A stretch of 64,000 nt of DNA from Candidatus Babelota bacterium (lineage in GTDB: Bacteria > Babelota > Babeliae > Babelales > CAIQNR01). Positions 28,834 to 39,089 of this stretch are shown here, one piece after another (within the stretch, counting starts at the first letter, position 1; each line of letters starts with the position of its first letter). The stretch is from positions 64,001 through 128,000 of the forward strand of contig CBFHTA010000002.1 in the NCBI GenBank assembly GCA_965658655.1. Reading direction: 5' to 3'. The translations under genes and the position numbers were made by a program. Under the pieces are notes generated by a model. It worked only from the letters and a program-made list of their open reading frames with translations, did not search any database and had not been told where the DNA came from.

Positions 28834-30786
28834 ATGATCATTATGAAGCTACGAAAAGGACTCCAAGGACCGATTGGAAAAGGCATTCTGATCGCTCTTT
28901 TTGTAACAATGTTTGGTGGCCTTGGTTTTTCTGGTGTCATCATGCGTTTTGTAGGAGGAGGCGTAGAGGGTGTTGCTAGAGTAAACGGCTACAATATTTC
29001 AAACGGTAAGTTTCAAAGAGCAACCGAAGATGCTGATCATCAAATTAGAATGATTAGAAGTAAGTATGGTGAAAGTGCTGATCTTGTTATGCAAATAAAT
29101 GGGGTTAGTTCTAACCCTCAACAGACAGCTCTAAGTAACGTTATACAGAATGCTTTGTTAGATGAGTCTGCAGATAAAATGGGATTATACTTAGGTGCTG
29201 AGTACTTAGAGTCTCACTTAGGAAATCCTCAATTTATTTTAAATAGAATTGGCCACAAGCTTCCTCATTATGTATTCGATCAAAAGTATGGAATGAACGC
29301 AGAAGCGCTTATGCAATTTCTTAAAACTCCGCAAATGCGCGGTGTGGAGGACTCTTTGGGGGGTGACTTAAGAAGAGAATTTGGATTAATAATGATCCAA
29401 AGTGGTTTTTATCTTCCACAATTCATGCTTAAGGCAGTTTATAAAGAAGCGCATACAGCTAAAAAGTTTTCGGTTCAAACTTTTAGTTTAAGCAGTTTCT
29501 TGCAAAAAGAAAAAGCAAAAGGAATAGCCGATGAAAAGCTGGAAGCCTATTATAAGAAGCATAATCAGGTCTACGCTATTCCAGAAAAACGCTCGGGCAA
29601 CACATGGACTTTTTCAGCCGATACGTATGGTATAAAGATTACCGAAAAAGAAATTGAAAAAAGTTATGCCGACCACAAGCGCACACGTTACGTAGAAGCT
29701 CCAGCACAATTTAAAGTGCGAGAAATTGTCTTTAATAAATTAAAAGACAAAGGAGTCGTTGCTCTTAAGGAAGAAGCCGAAAAGATCTATGAAGAGGTTG
29801 AAAAGACCCCTAAGAAGTTTGCAGAAATAGCGAAGAAAGTTTCTCAATCTGCGACAGCGAGCAAGGGCGGCTTAGTAGAGTTCTTTAAACGTGGAACAAA
29901 AGACAAAGCCTATGAAAAAGCGGTTGTTCGGTTAAAAAAAGATGAAGCTATTTCTCCTGTCACTCAAATGGCAGATGGAAGCTTTGTAATTATACAGCGT
30001 GTTGCTCGTAAAGAAGCTACCTATAAAGCTCTGGGGCAGGTAAAAGAAAATATTGTAAAGTCTCTTAAAGAACAAAAGTTTAGAACTCGATTTTCTAAAG
30101 AGGCTGATCGGGTGGTAAAGAGTAGCGATAAAGCGTTGCTTGAAAAATTCATTAAAGAGCATGGCGGCAAAAAAGACACTGTTGGGCCGACAGAGCGTTC
30201 TGGAGAAGGATTCGGGCGTCGTCTGTTTATTTTGAAAAAAGATGGCCAATCAATGTCATTCTTGCAGGATGGCAAAGGTACTATTTTGACCCTTACTAAA
30301 AAAGAAGCTAAAAAATTCCCTGCACTTTCTAAGGTTAAAGACCAGGTAAAAGAAGATTATTTTGAGAAAAAAGCTACTGATGCCCTTAAATCTCAGATGG
30401 AAAATGCTCGCTCAAAGGCGATTGCTTCAGGTAATTTAGTTCCCTTTGAGGGAGGAAAAATAAGCTCAACCGGTTTAATTCAACCTACTAATACCGAAAA
30501 AATAAAGGAACTTACCAATAAAGGTTACCCTCACGGGTTTATGAGTCTTGATTGGGAAGGTGCAGTCGTTTCAAGCTTAAATAAAGATGGCGCTGTGGTA
30601 ATAAGGCTGGATGAGGTAGAGGAAATAGATAAAACACTCTACGCAGCAGCGAAGCGTAAGCTCCATAAAGATGCATTTAAGCGATTTGGACAAGGTTTTG
30701 CGACCTCCTATATTGCTTCTTTGTATAGAAATGCTACAATTAAAGTCAATGATCAATTGGCGCAATTGAAAGAAGTACAGCTATGA
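28834..30786 (+). CDS. PpiD-like periplasmic chaperone (SurA N-terminal domain + PpiC parvulin)
   Basis: N-terminal [18 protein letters not shown]...SKGGLVEFF parvulin motif. Confidence 0.8.
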   Translation: MIIMKLRKGLQGPIGKGILIALFVTMFGGLGFSGVIMRFVGGGVEGVARVNGYNISNGKFQRATEDADHQIRMIRSKYGESADLVMQINGVSSNPQQTALSNVIQNALLDESADKMGLYLGAEYLESHLGNPQFILNRIGHKLPHYVFDQKYGMNAEALMQFLKTPQMRGVEDSLGGDLRREFGLIMIQSGFYLPQFMLKAVYKEAHTAKKFSVQTFSLSSFLQKEKAKGIADEKLEAYYKKHNQVYAIPEKRSGNTWTFSADTYGIKITEKEIEKSYADHKRTRYVEAPAQFKVREIVFNKLKDKGVVALKEEAEKIYEEVEKTPKKFAEIAKKVSQSATASKGGLVEFFKRGTKDKAYEKAVVRLKKDEAISPVTQMADGSFVIIQRVARKEATYKALGQVKENIVKSLKEQKFRTRFSKEADRVVKSSDKALLEKFIKEHGGKKDTVGPTERSGEGFGRRLFILKKDGQSMSFLQDGKGTILTLTKKEAKKFPALSKVKDQVKEDYFEKKATDALKSQMENARSKAIASGNLVPFEGGKISSTGLIQPTNTEKIKELTNKGYPHGFMSLDWEGAVVSSLNKDGAVVIRLDEVEEIDKTLYAAAKRKLHKDAFKRFGQGFATSYIASLYRNATIKVNDQLAQLKEVQL

Positions 30787-31847
30787 AAAGAAAAACAACC
30801 GCAGCTAAAGCAGCAAAAAACGTAGAATCTCTAGATGGAAGCATTAAAAGTGGGACCTCTGAGGTAAAGCAAAAGGCTCTCGAGGTGACCTTTGCTCAAA
30901 TCGACAAGCAGTATGGAAAAGGTGCTGTTATGTTGCTGGGGCAATCGCCAAACTCTGAAGTTAAAAAGATTTCGACAGGTTCAATACTAATCGATAAAGC
31001 TTTAGGTGGTGGAATGCCGGTTGGTCGTGTAATTGAAGTATACGGACCAGAAGCTTCGGGTAAAACAACATTGGCATTGCACACAATTGCTCAAGCACAA
31101 CGTCAAGGTGGAATTTGCGCCTTTATCGATGCTGAGCATGCACTTGATCCTGGGCATGCAAAAAATCTTGGAATCAATGTTGATGATTTAATTATCTCTC
31201 AACCTGATTACGGAGAGCAGGCTCTTGATATTGCTGAAATGTTAGTAAGGTCTGGTGCGGTTGACATTATTGTAATTGATTCCGTTGCTGCTCTTGTTCC
31301 AAAGGCAGAACTGGATGGTGATATGGGAGATACGCATGTAGGTTTACAAGCGCGTCTTATGTCGCAGGCGTTACGTAAATTAACTCCTGTGATTCATAAA
31401 TCAAAGACAGTTGTGATTTTTATTAATCAGATTCGTCAAACGATTAATAGCCTTCCATTTGCTAATAAAGAAACAACAAGTGGCGGTAACGCATTAAAGT
31501 TTTATGCTTCTCTGCGTATCGATGTGCGTCGTATTGCGGCATTACGTAAGAATGATGTGCATGTAGGTAACAGAGTTGCAGTGAAGATTGTTAAAAACAA
31601 AGTTGCTCCACCGTTTAAACGTGTAGAGTTAGACTTGTTGTTTAACGAAGGTATTAGTCGCGAGCTCGATCTTTTAGATGCTTCTATTTTTTACAACGTG
31701 ATTTCACAATCAGGAGCATGGTTTGCTTATGAAGACAAAAAGATTGCGCAAGGGCGTGAGCAAGCATTGCACTTTTTAAAAGATAATAAAGAAATTGCTG
31801 ATGCAATTAGAACTAAAGTGAACGAAGCAATACAGGCTTCTGTATAA
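30783..31847 (+). CDS. recA: Recombinase RecA
   Basis: [37 protein letters not shown]. Confidence 0.99.
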   Translation: MKRKTTAAKAAKNVESLDGSIKSGTSEVKQKALEVTFAQIDKQYGKGAVMLLGQSPNSEVKKISTGSILIDKALGGGMPVGRVIEVYGPEASGKTTLALHTIAQAQRQGGICAFIDAEHALDPGHAKNLGINVDDLIISQPDYGEQALDIAEMLVRSGAVDIIVIDSVAALVPKAELDGDMGDTHVGLQARLMSQALRKLTPVIHKSKTVVIFINQIRQTINSLPFANKETTSGGNALKFYASLRIDVRRIAALRKNDVHVGNRVAVKIVKNKVAPPFKRVELDLLFNEGISRELDLLDASIFYNVISQSGAWFAYEDKKIAQGREQALHFLKDNKEIADAIRTKVNEAIQASV

Positions 31848-31865
31848 AGCTAGGAACGAATTATT

Positions 31866-32412
31866 ATGAGAAAGGGTTCAAACCCCCAACAAGACAATCA
31901 ACGAAGCTATTAAGGCTCGTGATGTTCAACTGATTACCGAAGAAGGAGAAAATCTGGGACAAGTTTCTCGCGATGAAGCGCTTGAGCGTGCTCAACGTGT
32001 GGGGCTTGATTTAGTTATGCTTTCTGACGGTGGTGGTAAGGGCGCGCCTATTGTTAAAATTATGGATTACGGCAAAGAGCTGTATAATCGTAAAAAGAAA
32101 CAAGTAGAGGCGAAAAAAACGCAAAAAACCATCCAGATTAAAGAAGTGAAGATTCGTCCAAAAATTGGAGAGCACGACTATCAAACAAAAATGAAGCAAG
32201 CCATTTCTTTCTTAAGAAGTGGAAAACGTGTTAAATTTACCCTCTTTTTTAGAGGACGCGAAATGGCAACACGTCAAGAACGGGGAAGGATTTTGTTTGA
32301 TAGAATTAATGAAACACTTTCACAAGAGGGTCTATTAGATAATCTTGTGCAAGAGAAAGAGATGAAAGCAGGGCCAGCGTGGTCCAAAGTTTGTTATTTA
32401 AAGAAAGTGTAA
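31866..32412 (+). CDS. infC: Translation initiation factor IF-3 (start uncertain: non-AUG start near 31897, or ATG 31866 with a +1 shift/indel)
   Basis: INEAIKARDVQLI begins at 31897 in frame with KIMDYGK...KEVKIRPKIGEHD; in-frame TGA at 31867; upstream ATG at 31866 is out of frame. Confidence 0.9.
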
Positions 32413-32413
32413 T

Positions 32414-32608
32414 ATGCCTAAAGTAAAAACAAATTCAGCAGCAAAGAAACGCTTTAGAAAGACCGGTAAGGGTAAGATCAAGCGTGCTTGTTCCTTGCGT
32501 CGTCATATCTTAACCAAGAAGACACGTAAAAGAAAAAGAGATTTGCGCCAAGGTAAATATATTTGTAAATCAGATGAGAAAGCAGCAAGAAACCTGCTTC
32601 CTAACTAA
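32414..32608 (+). CDS. rpmI: 50S ribosomal protein L35
   Basis: MPKVKTNSAAKKRF; infC-rpmI-rplT order. Confidence 0.97.
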   Translation: MPKVKTNSAAKKRFRKTGKGKIKRACSLRRHILTKKTRKRKRDLRQGKYICKSDEKAARNLLPN

Positions 32609-32627
32609 ATAATGGTGGAATGAGAGC

Positions 32628-32984
32628 ATGACAAGAATAAAACGTGGTACCGTAACCAAAAAACGTCACAAAAAGCTTTTGAAAGAAACCAAAGGGTTTT
32701 GGGGACAAAGAAGTAACGTATTTAAAAGAGCAAAAGAAACCTTGCTGCGTGCAATGGCATTTGCTTTTGTAGGTAGAAAACTTAAGAAGCGAGATACTCG
32801 TGCTTTGTTTATTACAAGAATTAAAGCTGGAGCTCGCCAACATGGTCTTTCTTATAGCCGTTTGATTCATGGCCTTAAGGTTGCAAAGGTTGATCTTAAC
32901 AGAAAAATGTTGAGTCAATTAGCAATTTTTGAGCCAAAGGGATTTGAAAAGATTGCTGATGTAGCTAAGCAAGCTCAATCTTGA
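32628..32984 (+). CDS. rplT: 50S ribosomal protein L20
   Basis: MTRIKRG...RKLKKRDTRALFITRI...LNRKMLSQLA. Confidence 0.97.
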   Translation: MTRIKRGTVTKKRHKKLLKETKGFWGQRSNVFKRAKETLLRAMAFAFVGRKLKKRDTRALFITRIKAGARQHGLSYSRLIHGLKVAKVDLNRKMLSQLAIFEPKGFEKIADVAKQAQS

Positions 32985-33047
32985 CAATAAAAGTTTATTC
33001 TCAGTAAACTTTTATGAATCATAATTGGCAAAAAAGGGGAGAGAAGT

Positions 33048-33299
33048 ATGGAAATGTTGAGCGCATTAGAAAAGAAAGTAGAGAACCTTATTACGCTGAT
33101 CAAGCATTTAAAAGATGAAAATTCTAGGATTGGTAACGAAAATCAAGAATTGAAAGATCAAGTTCGGCAGCTGGAAGGCTCTCTACTTAAAGAAGCGAAG
33201 CAAGTTGAGCAAGAACTCACCCAGGAACGTGAAACAACTAAGCAAGTGGTCGATGATCTAATCAAGAGCATTGACGATTTGATAGAGAGCGGAGGGTGA
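33048..33299 (+). CDS. zapB: ZapB-like coiled-coil cell-division protein
   Basis: LSALEKKVENLI coiled coil directly upstream of zapA. Confidence 0.6.
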   Translation: MEMLSALEKKVENLITLIKHLKDENSRIGNENQELKDQVRQLEGSLLKEAKQVEQELTQERETTKQVVDDLIKSIDDLIESGG

Positions 33300-33586
33300 G
33301 TATGACTAAGAAAAAAGTTCAAGTTACCATTAACGATGCAGTGTATTCTTTCGTAACTGATGAGTCGGAAGAACATCTTCATGGAGCAGCAGCTCGTGTA
33401 GACGAGTTGGTACGAGCTATTTTGCAAGCTGGGGCAGAAGTACCTAGTGCAGCTATTTTAGCAGCTCTACAACTGGCAAGTAGTTTGGTAAAACTGGAAG
33501 AAAGGCAACAGCAAGAAGAAGAAGAGAAACGTCGTCTTGTAGAAAGAATAGAACGCGAATCTCAACTTTTTGCTTCTTTGTCTTAA
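33296..33586 (+). CDS. zapA: Cell-division protein ZapA
   Basis: VQVTINDAVYSF...AAARVD...AILAALQLA; zapA-rny synteny. Confidence 0.8.
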   Translation: MSMTKKKVQVTINDAVYSFVTDESEEHLHGAAARVDELVRAILQAGAEVPSAAILAALQLASSLVKLEERQQQEEEEKRRLVERIERESQLFASLS

Positions 33587-33704
33587 CTCTGTTTTGTTTT
33601 CCTTTCAATTCTTTGTGCTCACGATAGTCTCTGCTCAAAAATGTTTGCGGGAGAGTGGGTAACAAAATTAACTTAAATGTGTTGGTTGTGAGAAAGAAAA
33701 ATAA

Positions 33705-35261
33705 ATGATTACATTATTAATTGAATTTGCAGGGATTATCGGTGTTGTAGTCGCTTTGGCTATGCTCTTTTATGCACGCCGAAGAATGCAAGCAGCTCAA
33801 GATAGCATGTTTCAGGCTAAAGAACGTTGGAAAGTGCTTAAGCGAGAAATTGAAACAGAACGAAAAGAAGCTCTTCTTAAGGTAAAAGATGAAATTTATC
33901 GTAGGAGAAATGAGTTTGAACTAGAGATTAAACGCGATAGACTAGAGCTTGAACGTCACCAGAATAAAGTTAATACCAAATACGAAACGCTTGAAAAGAA
34001 AGAGCAGCAACTTGACGAACTCAAGCGAGAAGTGCAACAAAAAGAACGTAAACTTTCTCGCATGAGCGAAGTAATGTACACTAACGAAGAAAAGCTTAAA
34101 ACATTGTACAACGAGTTAATTAGTAAGTTAGAAAATGTTAGTGGATACAGTAAAGACCAGGCAAAGAGAGAACTTTCTAATACTTTGCAAGCCGAGGTTG
34201 AACTGTCTAATGAAAAATGGATTCAGAAGGTTGAAGAAGAAACACGCCAAATAGCAAAAGATAAGTCGACACAAATTGTTGTAGGTGCAATGCAGCGATA
34301 CACCGTTGATCAAGTTACACCGCATTCTTCAAGCGTGGTTCATTTGCCAAACGAAGAGATGAAGGGTCGTATCATTGGTAAAGAAGGCCGTAACATTAAA
34401 GCGTTAGAAATGGCAACTGGAATGGAATTTGTTATTGGAGACGCTCCCGAAATTATTACCATCTCTGGGTTCAATCCAATTAGAAGAGAAGTTGCTCGTA
34501 GAGCACTAGAAAAACTTATTACAGATGGTCGAATTAACCCAACACGTATTGAAGAAACTGTTGCTGCGTGCGAAAAAGATCTTGAAGATATTATTCAAGA
34601 GTACGGGAAAAATGCTGTACTTGAATGCAACCTACAAGGTGTTCATCCAGAGATTGTTACACTCTTGGGAAAACTACACTTTAGAACAAGTTTTTCTCAA
34701 AACGTTTTAGACCATTCTTTAGAGGTTGGCAATTTTGCACGAATGATAGCAGAGGAGCTTGGTTTAGACGGTCAAAAAGCTTTGCGAGCTGGTCTTTTGC
34801 ATGATATTGGAAAAGCGGTTACTGCAGAAGTTGAAGGTCCTCACGCTATTATTGGTGGTGACATTGCAAAACGTTGTGGTGAAGAGGCAGAAATTGTAAA
34901 TGCAATTGCTGCTCATCACGAAGAAGTTCCGTTTATGTCTATTTATGCACCGCTAGTGGTGATTGCGGATACTATCTCTGCATCACGACCAGGAGCAAGA
35001 AGAGAGACGTTAACTGCGTATGTTAAACGTCTTGAAAAACTTGAAGAAATCGCAGGTACATTTGACGGTGTTAAAAAAGCGTATGCATTACAAGCTGGTA
35101 GAGAAGTACGAATCATTGTTGAGGAAGACATCCTTGATGATGAAAAGGCATTCTCATTGGCACGAGATGTAGCTAAAAAAATAGAGGAAGAAATGAACTT
35201 CCCTGGTCAAATTAAGGTTAACGTTATTCGCGAGAAGCGTGCAATTGAGTACGCAAGGTAA
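33705..35261 (+). CDS. rny: Ribonuclease Y
   Basis: TM + coiled coil + KH (MKGRIIGKEGRNI) + HD (LLHDIGKA). Confidence 0.98.
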   Translation: MITLLIEFAGIIGVVVALAMLFYARRRMQAAQDSMFQAKERWKVLKREIETERKEALLKVKDEIYRRRNEFELEIKRDRLELERHQNKVNTKYETLEKKEQQLDELKREVQQKERKLSRMSEVMYTNEEKLKTLYNELISKLENVSGYSKDQAKRELSNTLQAEVELSNEKWIQKVEEETRQIAKDKSTQIVVGAMQRYTVDQVTPHSSSVVHLPNEEMKGRIIGKEGRNIKALEMATGMEFVIGDAPEIITISGFNPIRREVARRALEKLITDGRINPTRIEETVAACEKDLEDIIQEYGKNAVLECNLQGVHPEIVTLLGKLHFRTSFSQNVLDHSLEVGNFARMIAEELGLDGQKALRAGLLHDIGKAVTAEVEGPHAIIGGDIAKRCGEEAEIVNAIAAHHEEVPFMSIYAPLVVIADTISASRPGARRETLTAYVKRLEKLEEIAGTFDGVKKAYALQAGREVRIIVEEDILDDEKAFSLARDVAKKIEEEMNFPGQIKVNVIREKRAIEYAR

Positions 35262-35263
35262 TT

Positions 35264-36073
35264 ATGAATACAGTGCGAATTTTGTTAATTGGAGATTTGG
35301 TAGGAAAAACAGGTAGAGAGCTTTTTGCTCGTCACATTGACAAGATTCGCCAAGAACATCGTATAGATGCGACTATTGTGAATGGAGAAAACTCTTCTCA
35401 TGGTAAGGGAATTACTCCTAAGGTTATGGCTTTTTTCAAAAAGCATAACGTTGACTTGGTAACATCGGGTAACCATATTTGGGATCGTCGAGAGATCATT
35501 CCTTATTTTAATGAAAACAATGATTTATTACGCCCTGCAAACTATCCAAGTTCTTGCCCTGGAGAAGGAATTGGTTTTTTTGAATGCGCAGGAGTAACTA
35601 TTGCAGTTATTAATGTTATGGGTCGTGTTTTTATGCGACAACAGTTAAGTTGTCCTTTTAAAACAACAGAATCTTTGGTGGAGTACGCTGCATCTAAAAC
35701 ACCTATTATTTTAGTAGATGTCCATGCCGAAGCAACAGCTGAAAAGCTTGGTCTAGGATATTCTCTTGATGGTAAAGTGTCTGCATTGGTAGGAACTCAT
35801 ACGCATGTGCAAACGAATGATGCTCGTATCTTACCAGGTGGAACTGCTTATATTACAGATCTTGGAATGGGCGGATCACTCAATTCTATGATAGGCGTCA
35901 AAAAAGAAGCTCCTATTGCTAATTTTGTAACACAAATGCCGGTTCGGCACGAGGTAGATACTGAGCCTCCTTATGTGTTGAGCGCGGTAGTAATTGAGGT
36001 TAACACTGACACAGGAAAAGCGCTTACCATAAAAACTATTTATGAAATTGATACACAAGGATTAGGGATTTAA
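35264..36073 (+). CDS. ymdB: YmdB-family metallophosphoesterase
   Basis: GDLVG, NGEN, GNHIWD, DVHAEATAEK, GTHTHVQT; follows rny. Confidence 0.93.
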   Translation: MNTVRILLIGDLVGKTGRELFARHIDKIRQEHRIDATIVNGENSSHGKGITPKVMAFFKKHNVDLVTSGNHIWDRREIIPYFNENNDLLRPANYPSSCPGEGIGFFECAGVTIAVINVMGRVFMRQQLSCPFKTTESLVEYAASKTPIILVDVHAEATAEKLGLGYSLDGKVSALVGTHTHVQTNDARILPGGTAYITDLGMGGSLNSMIGVKKEAPIANFVTQMPVRHEVDTEPPYVLSAVVIEVNTDTGKALTIKTIYEIDTQGLGI

Positions 36074-36075
36074 GA

Positions 36076-36996
36076 ATGAATTTTAAACAATACGGTATTG
36101 CTCCGGTTCTTTTTTTACATGCAATTTTTCCACTTATTTTTAGCATTGGCAAAGTAGGAATGTTGTATGCACCATTTTGCTTTTTTATTGCTTTGCGTGC
36201 ATTAAGTTGTGGTCTTTTTTCTATGAGTGTGTATTTACTTACAGTTAAAGAGAGAAAACCGGTAGAGAAGAAAGACAGAGCGCTGCTTGTGCTTGCCGGT
36301 CTGTTTGGAATTTATCTTACTTTTATTCCTGAGTTTTGGGCGCTACAGTATTTGTCTGTAGGTAAAGTTGCCTTTATTTTTGTACTGGCACCTTTTTTTA
36401 CTGCTCTTTTTTCCCGACTGCATGGGTTAGAAACGTTCAGTTATAAAAAGATCTTAGGGCTTATGATTGGATTTCTTGGATTCCTTCCAATCCTTATGAA
36501 TAAAACGGGCGCAGAGCTAAGCTTTAAGTCTTTTTTTAGTTTTGACTTGCCCGAAGTAGCTTTAATCTTTGCGGTAGGCTGCTATGCATACAGTTGGGTC
36601 ATCATCAAGCGTCTAACAAAACAATCTAATTATTCCCCGTGGTTTGTTAGTGGTTTTTCTATGCTAGAAGGTGGATTTGCTGCGCTTTTAACATCATTCT
36701 TTTATGATGGTTGGTATACGGGTGTTTCTCCGGTAACCGAGTGGGCTCCACTATTATTCTATGTTTTCTTGCTAATGAGTGTAGCGATCACTGTATTTGT
36801 TCTTTATATCTACTTACTGAAAGAATACTCGGCAACCCTTATTTCATTCTTTGGATTCACTCGATCATTCTTTGGAGCTTTTTACGGATGGCTCTTCTTG
36901 GGTGAGGTGGTTCCTTGGATTTTTTATCCTTCGGTCTTAGTTGTTTCAGTTGGTTTATACTTATTCTACCAAGAAGAGTTGTCGCTAGAAGGGTAA
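36076..36996 (+). CDS. DMT/EamA transporter 1
   Basis: Ten TM segments, two EamA repeats, C-terminal YLFYQEE. Confidence 0.9.
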   Translation: MNFKQYGIAPVLFLHAIFPLIFSIGKVGMLYAPFCFFIALRALSCGLFSMSVYLLTVKERKPVEKKDRALLVLAGLFGIYLTFIPEFWALQYLSVGKVAFIFVLAPFFTALFSRLHGLETFSYKKILGLMIGFLGFLPILMNKTGAELSFKSFFSFDLPEVALIFAVGCYAYSWVIIKRLTKQSNYSPWFVSGFSMLEGGFAALLTSFFYDGWYTGVSPVTEWAPLLFYVFLLMSVAITVFVLYIYLLKEYSATLISFFGFTRSFFGAFYGWLFLGEVVPWIFYPSVLVVSVGLYLFYQEELSLEG

Positions 36997-37086
36997 AAGA
37001 ACTCTTTTCTTTAAAATATCTTGACGGTAGCATGTTTTTCCTCACAGAATTAATAGATAAATTTAAATTATTAATCAGAGGGTGCA

Positions 37087-37254
37087 ATGGATATTTTTCA
37101 GCTAGGTGTTATTCCTGTTTTCGCTTTAATATATGGCTATGAGTGGTTAGGGGTACCAATTTCCTGGGCATTGATACCTTCTGTGGGTGTAGTTTTAATC
37201 GGTTTATATTTATTCTATCAAGATGAATTACATGCGGGGAAGGGGAAACAGTGA
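37087..37254 (+). CDS. 55-aa mini protein homologous to the last two TM helices of the DMT neighbours
   Basis: MDIFQLGVIPVFALIYGYEWLGVPISWALIPSVGVVLIGLYLFYQDELHAGKGKQ; GAGGG RBS; stop overlaps next start (GTGA). Confidence 0.65.
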   Translation: MDIFQLGVIPVFALIYGYEWLGVPISWALIPSVGVVLIGLYLFYQDELHAGKGKQ

Positions 37255-38168
37255 ATCTAAAAAGATTTGGTATAACTCCACTGATTCTTTTATATATGGT
37301 GTTTCCGTTAATGTTTAGTCTTAGCAAAATGGCTATGAACTATACTCCCCCAACAACTTTTATTGCCCTTAGAATGATATCTGCAGGCCTTGTTCTTCTT
37401 GTGTGTTTTCTATTGCAACATAAAGAGCGCTATACCATTATTTGGGAAGATGCGCGTCTGTTTTTTAAAGCGAGTCTCTTTGGTATTTATTTAACATATG
37501 TCCCTGAACTTTGGGCTTTGCAATATTTGTCTGTAGCTAAAAGCGCTTTTCTTTTTGTGTTGGCACCATTTTTTACTGCACTCTTTGCACATTTATATGA
37601 AAAAGAATCGTTTTCTTTTAAAAAGATAATAGGTTTGATTGTAGGTCTGATTGGTTTTATTCCTATGTTGATTGCAACCACGGGCCAAGAAGAAACTTTT
37701 AAAAGTTTTTTTAGTCTTAACTTGCCAGAAGTTATTACTATTTTATCTGTTGCTTTTTATGCCTATAGTTGGATCCCCATCAAACAATTAATGAACGAAA
37801 AAAAATATTCTCCTTGGTTGATCAATGGAATAACTATGTTAGGTGGCGGATTGGGTGCTGCAGCAACTTCTTTTTTTTGTGATGGATGGTATAAGGGAGT
37901 CTGTCCTATCACTGATTGGAAAGCTGTATCCTTCTATGTACTTTTAACACTTTTTGTTGGCGTTTTTTGTTATATTCTCTATACTTACCTTTTAAAAAGT
38001 TTTTCTACGACATTAGTTTCGTTTTTTTGCTTTACAGAACCGTTTTTTGCAGCTTTTTATGGCTGGTTTTTTTTAGGTGAAAAGGTTTCTTATTGGTTCT
38101 TTATTTCTATTTTTATTGTATCAATAGGGTTGTATATTTTTTATCAAGAAGAGTTACAAATAGGGTGA
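37251..38168 (+). CDS. DMT/EamA transporter 2
   Basis: Close paralog of 36076-36996 (PELWALQYLSV, APFFTALF). Confidence 0.9.
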   Translation: MNLKRFGITPLILLYMVFPLMFSLSKMAMNYTPPTTFIALRMISAGLVLLVCFLLQHKERYTIIWEDARLFFKASLFGIYLTYVPELWALQYLSVAKSAFLFVLAPFFTALFAHLYEKESFSFKKIIGLIVGLIGFIPMLIATTGQEETFKSFFSLNLPEVITILSVAFYAYSWIPIKQLMNEKKYSPWLINGITMLGGGLGAAATSFFCDGWYKGVCPITDWKAVSFYVLLTLFVGVFCYILYTYLLKSFSTTLVSFFCFTEPFFAAFYGWFFLGEKVSYWFFISIFIVSIGLYIFYQEELQIG

Positions 38169-38171
38169 ATC

Positions 38172-39071
38172 ATGCTTTCTATTGTATTTTTTTACGCAGT
38201 CATGGCTGGTGTTTTTACGGTTGGTAAACAGGTAGTACTTTATGCCTATCCCTTTTTTTTAACCGCATTGCGTCTTCCTGCTGGAGGATGTGTATTTTTA
38301 GCCTTTGCATATTTTTGGCAAAAGCACCCATTTAAAATAACAAAACCAATTGCTCTTTTACTCCTAGGTTACGGGGTAGGGACTGTCTTTATGGATTCAG
38401 GCCGATTCTTTGCCTTACAAACATTACCTGCAGCAAATACAGCATTAATAACTTCTCTTGCACCATTTGTAGCCGCACTTTTCTCTTACCTATTTCTAGG
38501 TGAACATATAACATACAGAAAAATTATCATTTTGGGCGTTGGATTTATGGGTATGCTTCCATTGTTTATTGCTCGTGCAGATACATCTCTTGGGGGCATG
38601 AACACTAATGATTTGATGTTTGCTTATGGTTCTGCTTTTTGTTCAATGCTTGGTTTTGTATTGATAGGTTTATTTGTAAAACTTCTAACAACCCGTTATA
38701 AAATGCCACTTTTTATGGCTTTGGGATGGGGAATGTTGTTAGGTGGTTTAATAGGTTTAGTATGCTCTTTACTGTTTGACCCATGGAATCCAGTACCCTT
38801 TATCAACGCATCAAAAGCATGGCCTATTGTAGTGTACTTATTCTTTACTCATAATTTACTTGCTTATCCCTTGTATGGTTATTTGCTTGAACATTATCCG
38901 TTAACATTAATTGCGTTCGCTCAACTACTTACTCCACTTTTTACTGCAATTTTACGATTAATTTTGTTTCATGAACCGATTTCATTACCATTCATGATTT
39001 CATTTACTATTTTGGGTGGCGCGCTTTATCTTTTCTACAAAGAAGAAGAAAAAGAAGGGTTGATCACATAA
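38172..39071 (+). CDS. DMT/EamA transporter 3
   Basis: EamA pattern APFVAALFSYLFLGE; C-terminal YLFYKEE. Confidence 0.9.
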   Translation: MLSIVFFYAVMAGVFTVGKQVVLYAYPFFLTALRLPAGGCVFLAFAYFWQKHPFKITKPIALLLLGYGVGTVFMDSGRFFALQTLPAANTALITSLAPFVAALFSYLFLGEHITYRKIIILGVGFMGMLPLFIARADTSLGGMNTNDLMFAYGSAFCSMLGFVLIGLFVKLLTTRYKMPLFMALGWGMLLGGLIGLVCSLLFDPWNPVPFINASKAWPIVVYLFFTHNLLAYPLYGYLLEHYPLTLIAFAQLLTPLFTAILRLILFHEPISLPFMISFTILGGALYLFYKEEEKEGLIT

Positions 39072-39089
39072 AAACAACAAGGGAATTGA

